Positions 61,835-64,000 of a DNA stretch of 64,000 bases are shown here, one piece after another. Position 1 is the first letter of the stretch. Each line of letters starts with the position of its first letter. The position numbers were made by a program, and so were the translations under genes. Below the pieces are notes generated by a model, which ran no database searches, had not been told where the DNA came from, and saw nothing but the letters and a program-made list of their open reading frames with translations. Source of the DNA: Mustelus asterias (Eukaryota); contig NC_135808.1 in the NCBI RefSeq assembly GCF_964213995.1, positions 12,896,001 through 12,960,000 on the forward strand, given 5' to 3'.

Positions 61835-63526
61835 CTGTTTCTCTCTCCACAGATGCTGTCAGACCTGCTGAGTTTCTCCAGCATTTAAAAGTTTTAAGTT
61901 GAAATTTATTTATTAGTGTCATAAGTAGGCTTACATTAACACTGCAATGAAGTTACTGTGAAAATCCCCCGGGCCACACTCCGGCATCTGTTCGGGTACA
62001 CTGAGGGAAAATTAAGCATGTCCAATGCGCCTAACCAGCACTTCTTTCGGACTGTGGGAGGAAACCCATGCAGAAACGGGGAGAATGTACAGACTCCACA
62101 CAGGCAGTGACCCAAGCCGGGAATCGAACCTGGGTCCCTAGCGCTGTGAGGCTTCAGTATTAACCACTTTGTCACCATTTTCTTAGAGCTTCAGCACCTC
62201 AGAATTTGACACTACACTCCTGACTACCTCCTTATTGTCAATCTGAAACCCTTAAAAGTGCTGACGCTCTGACAAAGGGTCGTCCAGACTCAAAACGTTG
62301 GTTCTGTTCTCTCTCCACAGATGCTGTCAGACCTGCTGAGATTTTTCCAGTGTTTTTTGTTTTTGTTTCAGATTCCAGCATCCGTTTTTATTTTAGTTGA
62401 GGGAGGAGCCAGTTACGAGCTTATCAACTTCCTAACTTTCAACTGTAAAGCAAAGAAAGAGATAAGGGCCGGAATTTTCTGACTGTTCATGCCAGCGGGA
62501 TTTTCCCATCCTGCCACAGTGAACGGAAATTTGGCTGTGTCACCGATTTCTCCATCTTCGCTGCAGGGGGAGCGTGACATGAACGGGCGGTAAGATCGTG
62601 CCCAAGGATTTGATTTGACTTGATTTATTATTGTCATATGTATTAACATACAGTGAAAAGTAATGTTTCTTGCGCTCTATATAGACAAAACATACCGTTC
62701 ATAGAGAAGGAAACGAGAGAGTGCAGAATGTACAGTAATAGCTAGGATGAAGAGAAAGTTCAACTTAATGCAAGGTAAGTCCATTCAAAAGTCTGATGGC
62801 AGCAAGGAAGAAGCTGTTCTTGAGTTGGTTGGTACGTGACACTATTAAAGCAGTCCAGGTTCAAATGCAGCCCGACCTGGACAACATTCAGGTTTGGGCT
62901 GATAAGTGGTGAGTAACATTCACATCACATAAATGCCGTGCTGATCATGTCCATGAAGAGAGAATCTAACCATCTCCCACGGAGGTTCAATTACCTTCAC
63001 CAAATTCCCCACTATCAACACCCTGGGAATTATCATTGACCAGAAACTGAACTGGACCAGTCATATAAATACTGTGGCTACAAGAGCAGGTCAGAGGCTG
63101 GGAATTCTGGGTGGAGTAATCCACCTCCTGACTCCCTAAAACCTGTCTGCCATCGACAAGGCACAAGTCAGGAGTGTGATGGAATACTCTCCACTTGCCT
63201 GGATGAGTGCCACAATACTCAAGAAGCTCAACACCATCCAGGACAAAGCAACCCCGTTGTTTGACAACCCATCCACCACACTAAACATTTACTGCCTCCA
63301 CACTGATTATAAAATTCCTACAGTGCAGAAGAAGGCCATTCAGCCCATTGAACCTGCACCAACAGCAATCCCACCCAAGCCTTAATCCCATGTGTTTACC
63401 CGACTATTCCCTTTTACCTACACATCTTGGAACATGCAGGGGCAATTTAGTGTGGTTAATCCAACTAACTTGCAAATCTTTTGATTGTGGGAAGAAACTG
63501 GAGCACCCGAAGGAAACCCATGCAGA

Positions 63527-64000
63527 CAAAGAACAAAGAGATTTACAGCACAGGAACAGGCCCTTCGGCTCTCCAAGCCTGCACCGACCATGCTACCCGA
63601 CTTAACTAAAACCCCCTACCCTCGCACCTTAAACCTATACCCCCTAGTAATTGACTCTTCCACCCTGGAAAAAAGCTTCTGACTATCCACTCTGTCCATA
63701 CCTCTCATAATCTTGTAGATTTCTATCAGGTCTCCCCTCAACCTCCGTCGCTCCAGTGAGAACAAATCAAGTTTCTCCAACCTCTCCTCATAGCTAATGC
63801 CCTCCATACCAGGCAACATCCTGGTAAATCTTTTCTGTGCCCTCTCCAAAGCCTCCATATCCTTCTGGTAGTGTGGCGACCAGAATTGAACACTATATTC
63901 TAAGTGCGGCCTAACTAAGGTTCTATCAAGCTGCAACATGACTTGCCAATTTTTAAACTCAATACTCCGGCCAATGAAGGCAAGCATGCCGTATGCCTTC
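63527..64000 (-). mobile_element. CR1 LINE 3' part (runs off the window end)
   Basis: MLAFIGRSIEFK..LVRPHLEYSVQFWSPHY..RRLRGDLIEIYKIMRG; internal deletion before the tail. Confidence 0.9.

Noticed and set aside
1439-62178. Dozens of 60-140 aa ORFs with repeated peptides ([37 protein letters not shown]; [14 protein letters not shown])
   Set aside because: Translations of non-coding V-SINE copies, not a protein family.

Overview
Repeat-dense, AT-rich vertebrate genomic DNA, almost certainly from a cartilaginous fish (shark), judged from HE1/V-SINE-type and SacSINE-type SINEs, CR1 LINEs and shark-style TRIM exons. Host genes: (1) a minus-strand CD2/SLAM/HEPACAM-like Ig-superfamily gene (IgV exon 11747-12052, IgC2 exon 3354-3617, TM exons near 2.3 kb and 1.55 kb) that may be multi-pass; (2) an apparently intact U1 snRNA gene (39801-39964, minus) with octamer DSE, PSE-like element and 3' box; (3) a TRIM RING/coiled-coil/PRY-SPRY pseudogene (46155-~54690) behind an ISRE; (4) a tRNA-Lys pseudogene. 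Mobile elements: a pol-less endogenous retrovirus (31710-35411; LTRs, 4-bp TSD, tRNA-Ser PBS, gag joined directly to env TM); a near full-length Gypsy element (40863-45173) with no tRNA PBS but a perfect 14-bp complement to its own LTR poly(A) signal; a related solo LTR; young CR1 LINEs, one subfamily carrying a structured module in its 3' UTR; many Penelope-like insertions with minimal hammerhead ribozymes and inverted tails; Rex1/Babar fragments; MITE-like elements; and dozens of SINEs. Most short ORFs in the supplied track are SINE/LINE artefacts. All alignments and structures were read by eye, not computed.
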